In this document: positions 52,476 through 64,000 of the stretch, one piece after another | How positions within the stretch are numbered: position 1 is the stretch's first letter | Layout of the letters: each line of letters opens with the position of its first letter | NCBI RefSeq assembly: GCF_037042905.1 | Contig: NC_087251.1 | Span: 19,158,001 to 19,222,000 of the forward strand | From: Lytechinus pictus | Taxonomy: Eukaryota | Length of the DNA: 64,000 nt | Direction of reading: 5' to 3' | Translations under genes and position numbers: made by a program | Notes under the pieces: generated by a model | Told to the model about the DNA's origin: nothing | The model's input: the letters and a program-made list of their open reading frames with translations, nothing else | Databases searched by the model: none

Positions 52476-53746
52476 GTGAGCCAGTTGAATTCTCTTGGAA
52501 TTCCCTTATTTTATCACAACTTGATGTTTGCATGGTCCAAGACAAAGGAGTATAATCAATTTTGTGATGATCAAAGAACCCAAGCAAGTGTACTTAGTCA
52601 AATTGTTTGGAATAATCAATATATTCTTATTGATAATAAATTAGTATACTGTAAGGCCTTTCATGAGGCAGGTCTATGTTATGTATATCAACTTTTTGAT
52701 CTACATGGAAACATAGTGCAATTTAATTTTTGGAAAGCAAGAGGAGTACCGCATAAATATTACATGATATATTTGGCAATAATATCACTAGTCAGGAAGA
52801 AATGGGGAAGTTCATTTAATCAATTATTGATACAAATGTTCTTGGAGAAAATAGATTATGAAAATGATCAGTCCGTCCTTTTGACAGTAGAAATTCAAAA
52901 ACTAAAAACTAGAAATATTTATGTTGATAGACCTGTAGACCTGTCTGTGAGCCCCTATTTTCCACTAAATATGGGATAGAGGAGAAAGAATGGCCACAAA
53001 TGTATCTACTCCCATTTAAATGCACAATAGAAGTTAAAATGAGAGTCTTCCAGTTTAAAATTTTGCATAATATTCTCTACACCAATGAGAGTCTATTTAA
53101 AATGAAGCAAGTTCAGACAGAACTTTGCACATTGTGCAAGACCTCTGTTGAAACTCCTTTACATCTTTTTTATGAATGCAAGGTTGCTGAAGATTTAAGA
53201 CGTGCTAAAATTGTTGATAAAATTGGTCTGAAGCTATTTGTCAGATATGAGGATCTATCTAGGAAAAGAATGATGTTTGGAATTTTGGATTAATAAAGGA
53301 TTGGAAGGGACCACATAAAATATTACTGAATCACTTAATTATCTTATTGGAGAGATACATTTATATTCAGAAATGCAGGAATTTAGTAATAAGTTTCATA
53401 TGTTTTGAAGCGTTCATTTGCAAAATCAGACATATAGAATTGGTAATTGCTAACAAAAGCAGAAAGAAAACACGCACTATAGAAAATGGTCCCCTATTGA
53501 GAATTTATTTTAATTATCCATAATTATATTTTAATAATGAGACAATCCAAACCACCAGGGACTAATTTTTTAGCTTTTACATCAGGTCTGTTTGTTTGTT
53601 TGTTTTTGTTTTTTTGGTAATTGTTACAGTGATTCCTATTTGATTATTGTTCTTTTAATGTTATACAATTATGTAATTCCTGTATGATTGTTGTTTTTGT
53701 AATGTTACAAAAAATCTTGAAAATCAATAAAATTTGGAAAAAAAAA
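52476..53746 (+). mobile_element. L1/Tx1-clade LINE 3' fragment
   Basis: SQIVWNNQYI, then FQFKILHNILYTNESLFKMK...CTLC...ETPLHLFYEC (zf-RVT-type CCHC); T-rich 3'UTR, AATAAA ~53726 and A-tail. Confidence 0.85.
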
Positions 53747-54417
53747 TATATTCTGTACACGGTTATATTACTCTCGTATGCACAGCCCTTAATGTGATAA
53801 TTACACACCACTTGAAGGACGTTTTTGGACTATTCTGTCCAACTACTGAAGAGTTGCTTGCTCGCTTCGCCTTCTCGCATATTGATTTTAACTGTCATTT
53901 ATCAGTTCATCTCACATCAAATTCTATACAATATAGCCGTCGAAAAAAAAATCGTGATAGGCCCCGAAGTGAAACTTGGTATATGAACACGGTAATATAC
54001 AACAGTATATAGATAACACTTGGGTGGGGATGTCCCAATTTTTTTTTGAATTTTCAGGTCAATATTGCTATCACCCCCCCCCCCCTCCCCTCACTGCTCG
54101 TAGCGGATTTACGCTCAGCGCGCAATTTATATTGCGCGATAAGTTTGACCACAGACCACGCAATGACGTAATTAAGTTGTGCAGACGTCCGGTATTGTCA
54201 AAATTGGCCTATTTTGTCACGAGTTGTGACTTGAAATGGCGGAATAATCAGTGAAGAGTCTTGCTTCGTGCTCTTACGGGGAGAACATAGTTCTGAAACG
54301 CAAGTTATTGCACCTTTTCTGTACATGAAGCTCATTTACTTAGGATCAATAACAATAAATCGCCAGCAAATCTGATTTTTGTTGTTGTTGTTGCTATTGT
54401 TTGGTTGACGAGATGTC

Positions 54418-56484
54418 ATGAAGCAAGCGGTCTTTCCCTGCCACATAAGTGAGGAGTGTCGGCAACGTCTCATCTCATTCCTCATTATCCAAATCATCAT
54501 CGGTATCGTATGCGGCACCTTAGTCATCGGCGTCGGCTTTTACATACGAAGTCATATCCGAGCCAAAGTCAATCTCATCGAAGGTTATGACTTCGAACAG
54601 CTACCGATCACCCTCATGGTCGTCGGTGGCATCGCCGTGCTCATGAACCCGGTCGTTGCCAAGATTGGCCACGAGGCGTCATTCTCATGGAAGAGGGAAA
54701 AGCTCCGAAGTGCATTGCTTGCTATGGTGGTCATCCTCTGTATCGTCGACCTTGGATTACTTATAGGAGGATCAATGACCTTCATCCACGGTCATTCGTT
54801 GAAGAAATCATTTCACAATGGTCTCACTAGCGCCATGAAAAGATACAAGGACGATATTGAAATCAAGGAGGAAATCGATTCTCTCCAATTGGATTTTGGA
54901 TGTTGTGGAAACGAAGATTATGAAGATTGGTTTAGAATACAGTGGATTAATGATGATTATATCGAAGGCTCAAAGAGACCTGCTCGAGATTCCCATCATG
55001 ATGATGAACACGATGATGACGGGTTGGTATAATCAAAATATAGCCCTAGCCAGAGTACCATTGCAATTATTTTAAATAAATATGCTGTGAAGTTGGAATA
55101 CAGATTCTAAAGATTTTGATAAACACCAACAAGAAAGATTCTTCTGCCAACTAAAAATCCAAAGATTTAAATTTTAGAAAAATCCCATGTGGTAGATGAT
55201 TTACGCTTTAGACGCATTATTTTTTAGATATTTTTCTTGCTCCAAATATTTATTCTGATTCCATTCCCTATTAACGTTAATGTGGCTTACTAACCCTTTT
55301 ATATACCATTACAGAGGAACCGAATCTACAGAATTCCTCAACGATGATACGCCTTTCTCCTGCTGCCATCCGCGCTCTATTCGACCGTGTATTCACCACA
55401 ACGTACTCGACAACGATGCCCACTACCTCTACAACTTCGATCTTAGTTTTACCATTCATAAGACTGGCTGTAAACATCGGCTCATGGAGTACTTCAACAG
55501 AAAACTCAATATAATCGGTGGCTGTGTGATGGGTCTTTGTGGACTACAGGTAAGATGGACGTCGTGTGTGAAGATAAAATGAAACCTTCTTATTGACAAA
55601 TATTGGCTAAATGTCACACGCTTCATAATAACACCAAAGAGGGTGGAACTTTGAAAAGAAAAACCCTCAAGATTCATCCGTAAGGATACACATAGGAGCG
55701 GGGAATATAATGCATCCTTCTGGATGCCAAAAAATCGGCACCCTTGAAGGCACCTGCGAGGTCTGCAGATAGGCCTTATTGGATCCCCGGCAAACGTGCA
55801 TGCATATCATGAACCTTTTCACATGAATATTGCACTTACTATTAATATGATTAAGTACCTGATAACTTTGACATTTTGTTATCTATCATCTAAACATTGA
55901 TTTTAATCGACTGCTGATCTTCATCATCATCACCAAGATCACATCATCATCATCATCATCGTCATCATCGTCATCATCATCGTCATCATCGTCATCATCG
56001 TCACCATGACCATCATCACCATTTGCATCAACAACCTCATCATCACCGTCTTTATCATCATCCTCATCGTCAAATTCATCATCGTCACCTCTATACACTA
56101 TCATCATCACCATCAATGGCTTTATCACCAACGTCATCATCATCATTAACAACGTCATCATCATCTTCTCATCATCCTCATCGTCGACATCATCATCGTC
56201 ACCACAATTCACCATCAACATCATATTCTTCTCTCTGCTCTCTCCTCTCACCCCCACCTTTCGCCGCCCACTTGTAAATCCATCATTCTCCTTTCACCCC
56301 TTCCTCCCTTTTTAAAAATTAGTTGAGCATCCTCCTGACGGCCCAATACTTGAATTCATCAATCTGCAATGCTCTGGATCGTGGCAATCCCGAGAGAACT
56401 GCCAAGGGATGGATCTTTGAAGAATTCCCTCTTGTCACGTTGTTCAAGGCAATCACGGCAATGATCCTTGGAGCCGTGATATAA
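54418..56484 (+). CDS. Peripherin-2/ROM1-like tetraspanin, paralog A (333 aa)
   Basis: Exons 54418-55022, 55315-55549, 56323-56484 (1002 nt). Four TM segments; IDSLQLDFGCCGNEDYEDWFRIQWI, DDTPFSCCHPRSIRPCIHH, GCK, QYLNSSI...GNPERTAKGWIF are characteristic of the RDS family. The exon 1 donor (GTTGGT) is weak but phase-compatible. Confidence 0.9.
55885..56225. repeat. (CAT/CGT)n microsatellite in intron 2 of paralog A
   Basis: Directly visible; source of the poly-Asp and poly-His ORFs. Confidence 0.92.
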
Positions 56485-57780
56485 AACTTAGGAGTTAACA
56501 TAATGGTAATTTGGGAAAATCATCAAGATTGTAGTTGTGCACCCATCCCTTGAGATGGTGAGCCCCACAGGCGATTTCGTGACATTTGCTCCGACGACAA
56601 TAAATAGCTCTGATGAAAAATCTGCACATCAAGCCACACGTGAAACCAAACCTCCAAAACTAAATAAACCCCGATCCTTATCTCTACATTATCCTGAACC
56701 GAAAGCTCTAATATAATCATAACTCTAACCCCAGGCCCTCTAAGACATCAAGACCGTAGCAAATGTCGCAGGAGCATCTGTCGTATCACCCCAGAGGTTG
56801 GCAGTGGGCTCTGAAGATATTCTCCCTTTCAAGAGCATGGTAACTTTGTTCTTGAATGAGGATAGGATAAGATCATAGAGATATATATGCACAGAGATGA
56901 GCATGTGATGGGAGTATGGGTGAAGGCCAAATTAAATAGGATCAAACTTTCGCCCGTAAGTTCTATATGTTTTTTTATTGATCTTGAAAAAAATGCGGTC
57001 CATGCTGATTACTAAAGTGCAAGTAACTTTATTACGTCACTATGGTATGAATTAAACATTAACTTCAAATTAAACAATATGTTCTGCTTTGTGATAATTC
57101 TTTTTTTTTCTCCACTTTTTTCTCAAAGTATAAAAGTAATTCTAGGAGAGATCAACCGTTGACCAATGGATATTGAGTGATTTCAAGTTCAGTGTTTAAC
57201 TTTTGGTGTAGGTGTTAGGTCAATTTTTACACGATAATAAAATCAAACATAAAATGAAGATGGTCCCGAAAATCCACTCACTAGTTGTTGAGATGTATGC
57301 ATAAATAAAGTGATCTGGATCAGCTTTACAAACTCCTGAATAAGTTTTGGAGCTAGGGGATGCAATCCAAATTTCAACACCAACACCAAGGCCAACACCG
57401 GACTTGAAATCACCCATTGTGATTCCTATAGGCTTTGTAATGAAACAACAAAATAAACACTGGCTTAAGTAAAATCGGCAATGGGTTAACAATCAGTATT
57501 TTCTTGTTGCGATGTTTTGTCAACTTCCAAGCGTCCAAGGTAATTTAGAATATTACCAACCCCTTTAATTAAATATTGTTGTTTTGGAGGGAAAATGTAA
57601 ACTCATAATTGCCAATTTAAGAAATAAGAAAAAAATATTGTTTGTCGAAAGAACTCGCCTATTTAAATTTGAGTATCGGTAATCTAATATTCTACCAGCT
57701 TGAAGAAGAAAATTGATAAACTCCCGTATCTAGGATTTTTTTTAATATAAGGCCTACATTTCAAAAGTGAAAAGAATAAT

Positions 57781-57993
57781 GGGGTGTTGCAAGAAACTTG
57801 CGATCAATTGCAAGTCAATTTTTGGTCCCTAAATCAATCATATGTCTTGCAGTTAATTGCAAATTAGTGATTGATTGCTAATTTGCTCCTTGAAACAAGA
57901 AGTTTAATCTGATTTGCTACAGCTAACGGTGATCTATCATTAGTAAAATTGCAACAGAATATTTGCAATTGATCGCAAATATGTTTTTGCAAC
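57781..57993. mobile_element. Short Harbinger-like MITE
   Basis: GTTGCAAGAAACTTGCGATCAATTGCAA ... TTGCAATTGATCGCAAATATGTTTTTGCAAC. Confidence 0.7.
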
Positions 57994-58304
57994 AAGAGAC
58001 ATAAGAGGAAAGAAATAGAATAATAAAGATAAAAGCTCGCAGCGCGCGCAGCATGATGAAGCTGAAGCGCATCTCACACACGTACCTGTAGTACAGGCGC
58101 GTAAAACAAAGGATGCGCCTTTTCATAGACTCCACACGCAACTTTAACATTATTTTGCACTTAGCGCTTTCAGCCTTCCTATTTTGATGACGTTATCTTT
58201 GTAATAAGCTCAAGAAACGGTTAGGATTAAGGGGTCACCAAATCAGGTGAAAAATAAGTTATCATTCAAGAATTTAGGCTGTTGGTTGTGTTGGGACAGG
58301 AGAT

Positions 58305-61300
58305 ATGGTTTTAGCAATCAATTTGACTGAAGGAGGAAGGCAGACAATCGCCATCCTCCTCGTCATCCTTCACACCATCACTCTCTTAGGCGCAGTAGGA
58401 CTCTGCACTGTGGGATTCTTTCTCCGTTTCACTCTCCAGACTAAAGTCAGTTTAGTCGAAGGATACGACGGCAACGTCCTTCCCATCGTCCTCATGGTCG
58501 TCGGAGGACTCACCGCATTGGTTAACCTCGCCGGCAGCAAGGTCGCTTTCGACGTCGGGAACCCCGTGAATAGAAAACAGCTTCGCAGTCTGCTGATGGT
58601 GATCCTTGTGCTTCTCATTGTCGTTCTCATCGCCTTGCTCACAGCGGGAAGCATGTGTTTTGCTCATCGACACCATCTTTCGAGGTCTTTTCATAATGGC
58701 CTCATCAAGGCGATGGGGAAATACCACGAAGACAGCACTCTGAAATATGACATCGACATGCTTCAAATTAAAAATACATGCTGTGGTAATAATGGATATG
58801 AAGACTGGTTCGATGTTCAGTGGATTAGCAACAATTTCTTGGATATCTCCAACAGCAAAATACAGAGGTATGATGTGATTATGATTTGATTGCGATATGA
58901 TTATGATCTATAAACACTAGCGAGAAATAAATAAATTTAATAATAATAATAAAAAATAATTGTTACTTAGGCCTATAGGTTTTGAATGTAAGTATATACC
59001 CAGTTGTTGTGTGTCCGGACAGGTTGTGTGTCCGGACGATCAATTTAGAAAGTCATTTGGAAAAAATCACAAGTGAAGTTTCATCAAATTTTATTACAAA
59101 ATGTTAGGAAATATTATAGAGAACAAAATAGAAGATGATTACAACTATCGAATTCATATTTTTAGTGCAATCCAAAGACAAAAAAGAAGGCCTCAAAAAT
59201 ATAAACTGTCCGGACACCCGACCCCCCATCCTACCCTATAAGATCATTTTAAGCACTTCGAAAAATAGGGGACCATCGACAACGTTGGAGATTATTAAAA
59301 ATAAAGAATTCCAATGTAATATCATGCAGTTTTCAAATTTCATTTTCAATTCTTTATTTAATTTCCATTGAAACATAATACAAAATAATTTAAATCAGTT
59401 ACGAATTAACGGATTTGCATTGGAAAGCAGAATAGAATTGCCCATCAAGTCTGGGGAATATATAGGTCGAAATCAACACATTTGTGCATAGTTAGGTATA
59501 TAAAATTGCCAGATAAAACCGAGAAAAAAATGGGCTTAAGCCTTTGATTTTATTCTAGAAAACCAGGGACATTTTTTTATGAAAGCAGTTATCGGATGTT
59601 TTATTCGACAAAGTATTATCCGACGTATTATCCATGCAGAAGAAAATATGTGAAGGGACCTTTGACTCCAAAGATAATTATACTCTTGTAAAAAAAAATT
59701 ATCGCTAATGACGGGCCTAGACACCGAATACTGACGATTTTTTTTTGGATATAGGCCTAGATTCCATTCTCATTCATGCTCACATAATTTAAGTACGATT
59801 ATGACTCAGATAAAGTGTTGATAAAACAAACAAGGAGACAAACAAACAAACATACAAATTTCAATTAATATCTAGAAGTCGTAGGATGGGGGTTCGGGTG
59901 TCCGGACACTTTATATTTTTGAAGCCTTCTTTTTTGTCTTTGGATTACACTAAAAATATGAATTCAATAGTTGTAATCATCTTCTATTTTGTTCTCTATA
60001 ATATTTCCTAACACTTTGTACTAAAAATTTATGAAACTTAGCTTGTAAATTTTTCCAAATGACTTTCTAAAATTGATCGTCCGGACACACAACAACTGGG
60101 TATAATATATATTTCTTTCTTGATGGCAGTAAGATGACGACGGGCAATTATTTAACCGATGATGTTCCGTTCTCGTGCTGTCGACCGAAATCACCACGCC
60201 CTTGCATCCACCATCAAGTTCAGGATAACGACATCCACTACAACTACGACTACCAGACCGACCTCACCCTTCACCCTGTTGGTTGCAAGGAACAGCTTAT
60301 GGAGTACTTTGGATCGAAATTCAACCAGCTGGGAGCAGCATCGTTTGGTTTGCTAGGAGTACAGGTATGTGTTGACATTTTTGTTCAACCCCTCCTGAAA
60401 ACGGCGGATGGTATACTTTATAAAACAAACTAATTTAAAGTGACTTTGTGAAAGGGTCAGCTATACACGTAGGTGCAACTGTTATTCTTTAGAAATATAA
60501 AAAAAAAAAAATAGCTATAATTTATATATCAGTTACCGGTCAGCTGACTACTCAGTTTGACTTGTTTTAGAGGGTAACAATAATGACAATCGTAAATATT
60601 TGTTGATATTATGTATTATTGTATTTTTGTTGTATGAACCCTGATTGAAGTTAATGAGAAACGATATTAAATACATTTAAAAAAATGACAATATGGATAC
60701 TAATATCTAATAACACATCAAATGAATTTTTTTTTATTTAAATTTTGGAATGAATTTATTTAAGATCTTCAATACCCCTAGCTGTTTCGAGAGGGGCCAC
60801 TTCGTTAAGAGAATCGAGTTATATAGATGACATCTATATAAGGGGAAGGGGGTGGGGATGGGCGTTGAGTGGAATTGTCTGAAAGTGGCTCCAGCTTCCT
60901 AAAAGATGTATGGAAAGAATTAATCTACCATCGTTGTAATAACATGGCCCTTACCCATTGGCGGCGGAAGGAAAACAATTTAGGGGGGTCCACGTGAAAT
61001 TTTGGGATAAACGTAGGTAAAAAATTTGACAAGCAAAAAAAAAAGTTTCTCAACAAAACCCACTGGGCAATTTGTTACCGATTACCAATTTTACCGGTTA
61101 TTACCGGTAATATCACCCGGAAATTTGAGTAACACCAAATATTACCGTTATTACCATGTTATTACCGAAATTATAATTCCTGTTGATACCTGTTACTGTT
61201 ATCACCCTGATGAAACCTACATTTACCTAGTTACAACAGGGTGATGAGGGGTAATAAGGGTAATGTTGAATGACTTTGATTGGTTATAACATTGCAAACT

Positions 61301-64000
61301 TTAGTAATAAGAGCAATCTTACAGCAATCCCAGCGAAATTTTCAAAGTCCAAAAAATTACTGTTATCACCCTGATGAAACCAACATTTTACCCAGTTACA
61401 AACAGGTTGATAAGGGGTAATGGGTAATGTTGAAACGCTTCCATTCCCAGACAGCAAAGTATCTGGATCACATACGGTTCTTATCTGGGATATCTGGGTC
61501 CCATATGGGCCCACATGGAACCCAGATGAAAACATATACTTGAACCCACATGGTGCCCAGATAGGACTCAGATGGAAACGAGACCTCCAACCCATGCGGA
61601 ACCAATTAATATTGGGTAAATGGAGTAATATCAGATGGTAATATCAGGAAAATGCTGGGAATATTAGTTACTCATGAATATTCATTACTACAATAAATGG
61701 CCAAAATTTTAGCTAATATAGCTGTAATAATTAATGTGTATATGTTTATGCAATTATTCCACCCAGAAAATTTTCAGAAAAATGTGTAGTTTATATATCA
61801 TATTAGTCATAATCATGACATTAATTTTAGAAAAATGTTTTAGGGTTGAATAATTGTTAACCATAATTTGTCAAGTGTTGTAAACTCGCTCAATATATAG
61901 AAGTAAATGACAGGGTTTGGTGGATAGGTGTAGGATAGGATTAGGATTAGGATGTAGGATTTTGGGATAGGATAAGATGATATGGCTTAGAGTATGGAGT
62001 TGTAAAAATGTGCTTCAATGACCCTAATGACACTAATTGTTTTTTTAATGAGCCGACATTAATTGGGTAATATTGGGTAAACAGAGTAATATGAGGTGGT
62101 GATATCATTAAAATGCTGGAAATAGTAGTTACATCATACTGAGAAATATTGGGTAAATGGAGTAATATCAGGTCCAGGTAATAAGAGGGAAGGATTGGTC
62201 TACTATTTCCCTGTTATTACCCACTGTTGTTACCGTAGTAATATTCATGTTATTACCTGTTACAACCCGGGTAATGTCAGGTAAAATGCCCAGTGGGAAA
62301 ATAAATAAATTCATTCATTAAGTAGCACCAATACACATATTTTGTACTATTGTTAGCAATTCTCTTTTCTAAAAAAAAAGTTGGATTTGGGTTTGGTGTC
62401 AGGCACCCCCCCCCCCCCCTGTATTGCGGTTTTAGATTTCCAAAAATTTAACCATTGAAGAACACATAAAGGATACTTAAAATTTCTTATTTGTGAAATT
62501 ATCCAACAATACTTCAATACCGAAATTATGGTTATTCCAATTGAATTAAATTTGTATTATTCAAATTGCCTTCTTGCCCGAATTTACAACTTGTCTGGAC
62601 ATGATGCATGTACATACATGTGTGCTTCTTTTTGTTATGTAATGGAAAAACACATTTGTTTGTCTTTCTTCAGCCGAACCACCATAATTTTGAGAAAGAA
62701 AAGTTGAGTAACTATACAATGATCTCAACATAACATCCACGATCATCACATCTGGGCGGAGAAATTCGTACCCTTGACTAATCAGACACTTTATACGATA
62801 CCCTGTTTCAGGTGTTGGCTCTTCTGCTTGCCCGTTACCTTCAGACCTCAATAGCTGGTGCCATAGCCGAGGGAGACCCGGAGGCGCCTACACCAGGATT
62901 CCTATGCCCAGGGGGAGACGGACCACCTCCACCGCCAAAAGGGGACGGCCCAAAACCGAAGAAAGGTGGTGGAGATGTTCCTTTTGGAAAAGATAAAGGT
63001 GGCCTAGGAGGATCCATGGAAGATTTTGAAGATCATGACTTGGATGCTGAAGAAGGGTACGACACTTTACTAGATGATTCGACATTTGATGAAGAATTTG
63101 ATGAGCCCGTCACTGCGTATGCCTCTAATCAGACAAAAAGCTACAATCCATATGAGAACGATGGTCAGTACGGGAGTGAGCCAATCTACGAAAACATTAA
63201 GCCGTACGAGAGTGAACCAATCTACGAAAACATTAATCAGTACGAGAATGAACCAATCTACGAAAACATTAATCAGTACGAAAGTGAGTCCCCTTACGAA
63301 GAACCGATTCGCCGCGACGAAGAACATATCTATGACGACATTCCAGCTTATGTCCCCACGGCAGAGGAAGATCTTTATGAGAATATTCCAGCATATGCCC
63401 CTCCACCAATAGACGACTTTTATGACAACATGCAAGCATATGCTCCAGGGGGCATGGCGGATCTTTATAATACAGCTCCTGATGCGCCGTTGCCTCCTAT
63501 GCTTCCAAGTGGTCCACCAGATGCTCCGATGCCTCCTGCACTTCCAAGTGGTCCTCCACCGAAAAGACCTGGCGGTCCTCCACCAAAGAGACCAGAAGGC
63601 CCTCCACCTCAACGGCCCAAAGGAGCTCCTCCGTCACGCCCAGCTACAGGTCCGCCCAAAAGACCAGACGGCCCACCACCTAGCAAGAAAGCTTCTCCAA
63701 AGAAACAAGCACCTCCTAGACCCAGCAAACCACCATCGCAATCATCTCCGGGTGGAAAAACGAAGGCAGGCAAAAAGGGTCCTCCGAGACCTGACAAACC
63801 TCCATCAAAGAAAACTGGAAGCAAGCAACCAAAAACTAGTACCCCTAAAAAGTCAGCACCAAAACAGAGCCCAAAGAAAAGTGTGAAATCATCTCCAAAA
63901 CGAGGGGGAAGTGCCAGCCCGAGCAAGAAGAAAGTAAGTGCCAAAACGAAGCAGACTAAATCCGCTTCAACGAGAAAGTCCAAGGCAAGTCCTAAATCGA
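58305..64000 (+). CDS. Peripherin-2/ROM1-like tetraspanin, paralog B, with long Tyr/Pro/Lys-rich C-terminal tail (>660 aa, runs off the window)
   Basis: Exons 58305-58867, 60130-60364, 62812->64000. IDMLQIKNTCCGNNGYEDWFDVQWISN, DDVPFSCCRPKSPRPCIHHQ, GCK, LARYLQTSI...GDPEAPTPGFL; by manual translation exon 3 stays open to 64000. Confidence 0.92.
58999..60100. mobile_element. 1.1-kb MITE with ~240-bp TIRs at a TA(TA) site, in intron 1 of paralog B
   Basis: TATA-CCCAGTTGTTGTGTGTCCGGAC ... GTCCGGACACACAACAACTGGG-TATA. Confidence 0.9.
61059..62297. mobile_element. CCCACTGGGCA-terminated non-autonomous element (CACTA/EnSpm-like) with TTACC/GGTAA sub-repeats
   Basis: TIR CCCACTGGGCA / TGCCCAGTGGG; many TTACC repeats; contains a CCCAGAC.../CCCATATGGG fragment (~61445-61600) and lies inside a poly-G/poly-C MITE (~60955-62430). 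Confidence 0.72.
63166..63288 (+). repeat. 36-bp coding minisatellite (QYESEPIYENIN) x3.4
   Basis: CAGTACGRGARTGARCCAATCTACGAAAACATTAAK-type units in tandem. Confidence 0.95.

Noticed and set aside
55886-56277. Poly-Asp and poly-His/Ser ORFs
   Set aside because: Translation of the intronic (CAT)n repeat.
58186-58230. Otx/Crx GGATTA and CRE-like TGACGT motifs upstream of the peripherin-like genes (also 54164)
   Set aside because: 6-8-mers expected by chance; no conservation data.
63070-63983. Track ORFs 63074+, 63422+, 63070- and 63609-
   Set aside because: Off-frame or antisense shadows of paralog B exon 3; the real frame starts at 62812 and has no stop in the window.

Overview
AT-rich, intron- and repeat-rich animal DNA, most likely a sea urchin (the arylsulfatase resembles the echinoid Ars family as I recall it). 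Genes, left to right: (1) the 3' end of a + strand single-pass membrane protein gene ending ...DRVMLLADSSEDEF*; (2) a 7-coding-exon arylsulfatase on the - strand (33033-17213, ~525 aa, CSPSR motif intact), whose 9 kb third intron holds an unexplained decayed coding block with a triplicated ~1 kb unit; (3) an intronless TBCC (44530-45582), separated from the sulfatase promoter by a 6.4 kb foldback/MULE-like element with >1.2 kb inverted arms, a 9-bp TSD and nested MITEs; (4) two tandem peripherin-2/ROM1-like tetraspanin genes with the vertebrate PRPH2 three-exon layout. The second has a very long cytoplasmic tail (open to the window end) with tandem EPIYENI tyrosine motifs, PPxRP repeats and SPKK motifs; the ORF track misses this frame and it is the most striking feature. 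The rest is LINE fragments, many non-autonomous DNA transposons and microsatellites. No rRNA, tRNA or CRISPR was seen. Exons were read by eye and need RNA confirmation; transposon superfamily calls rest on terminal structure only.
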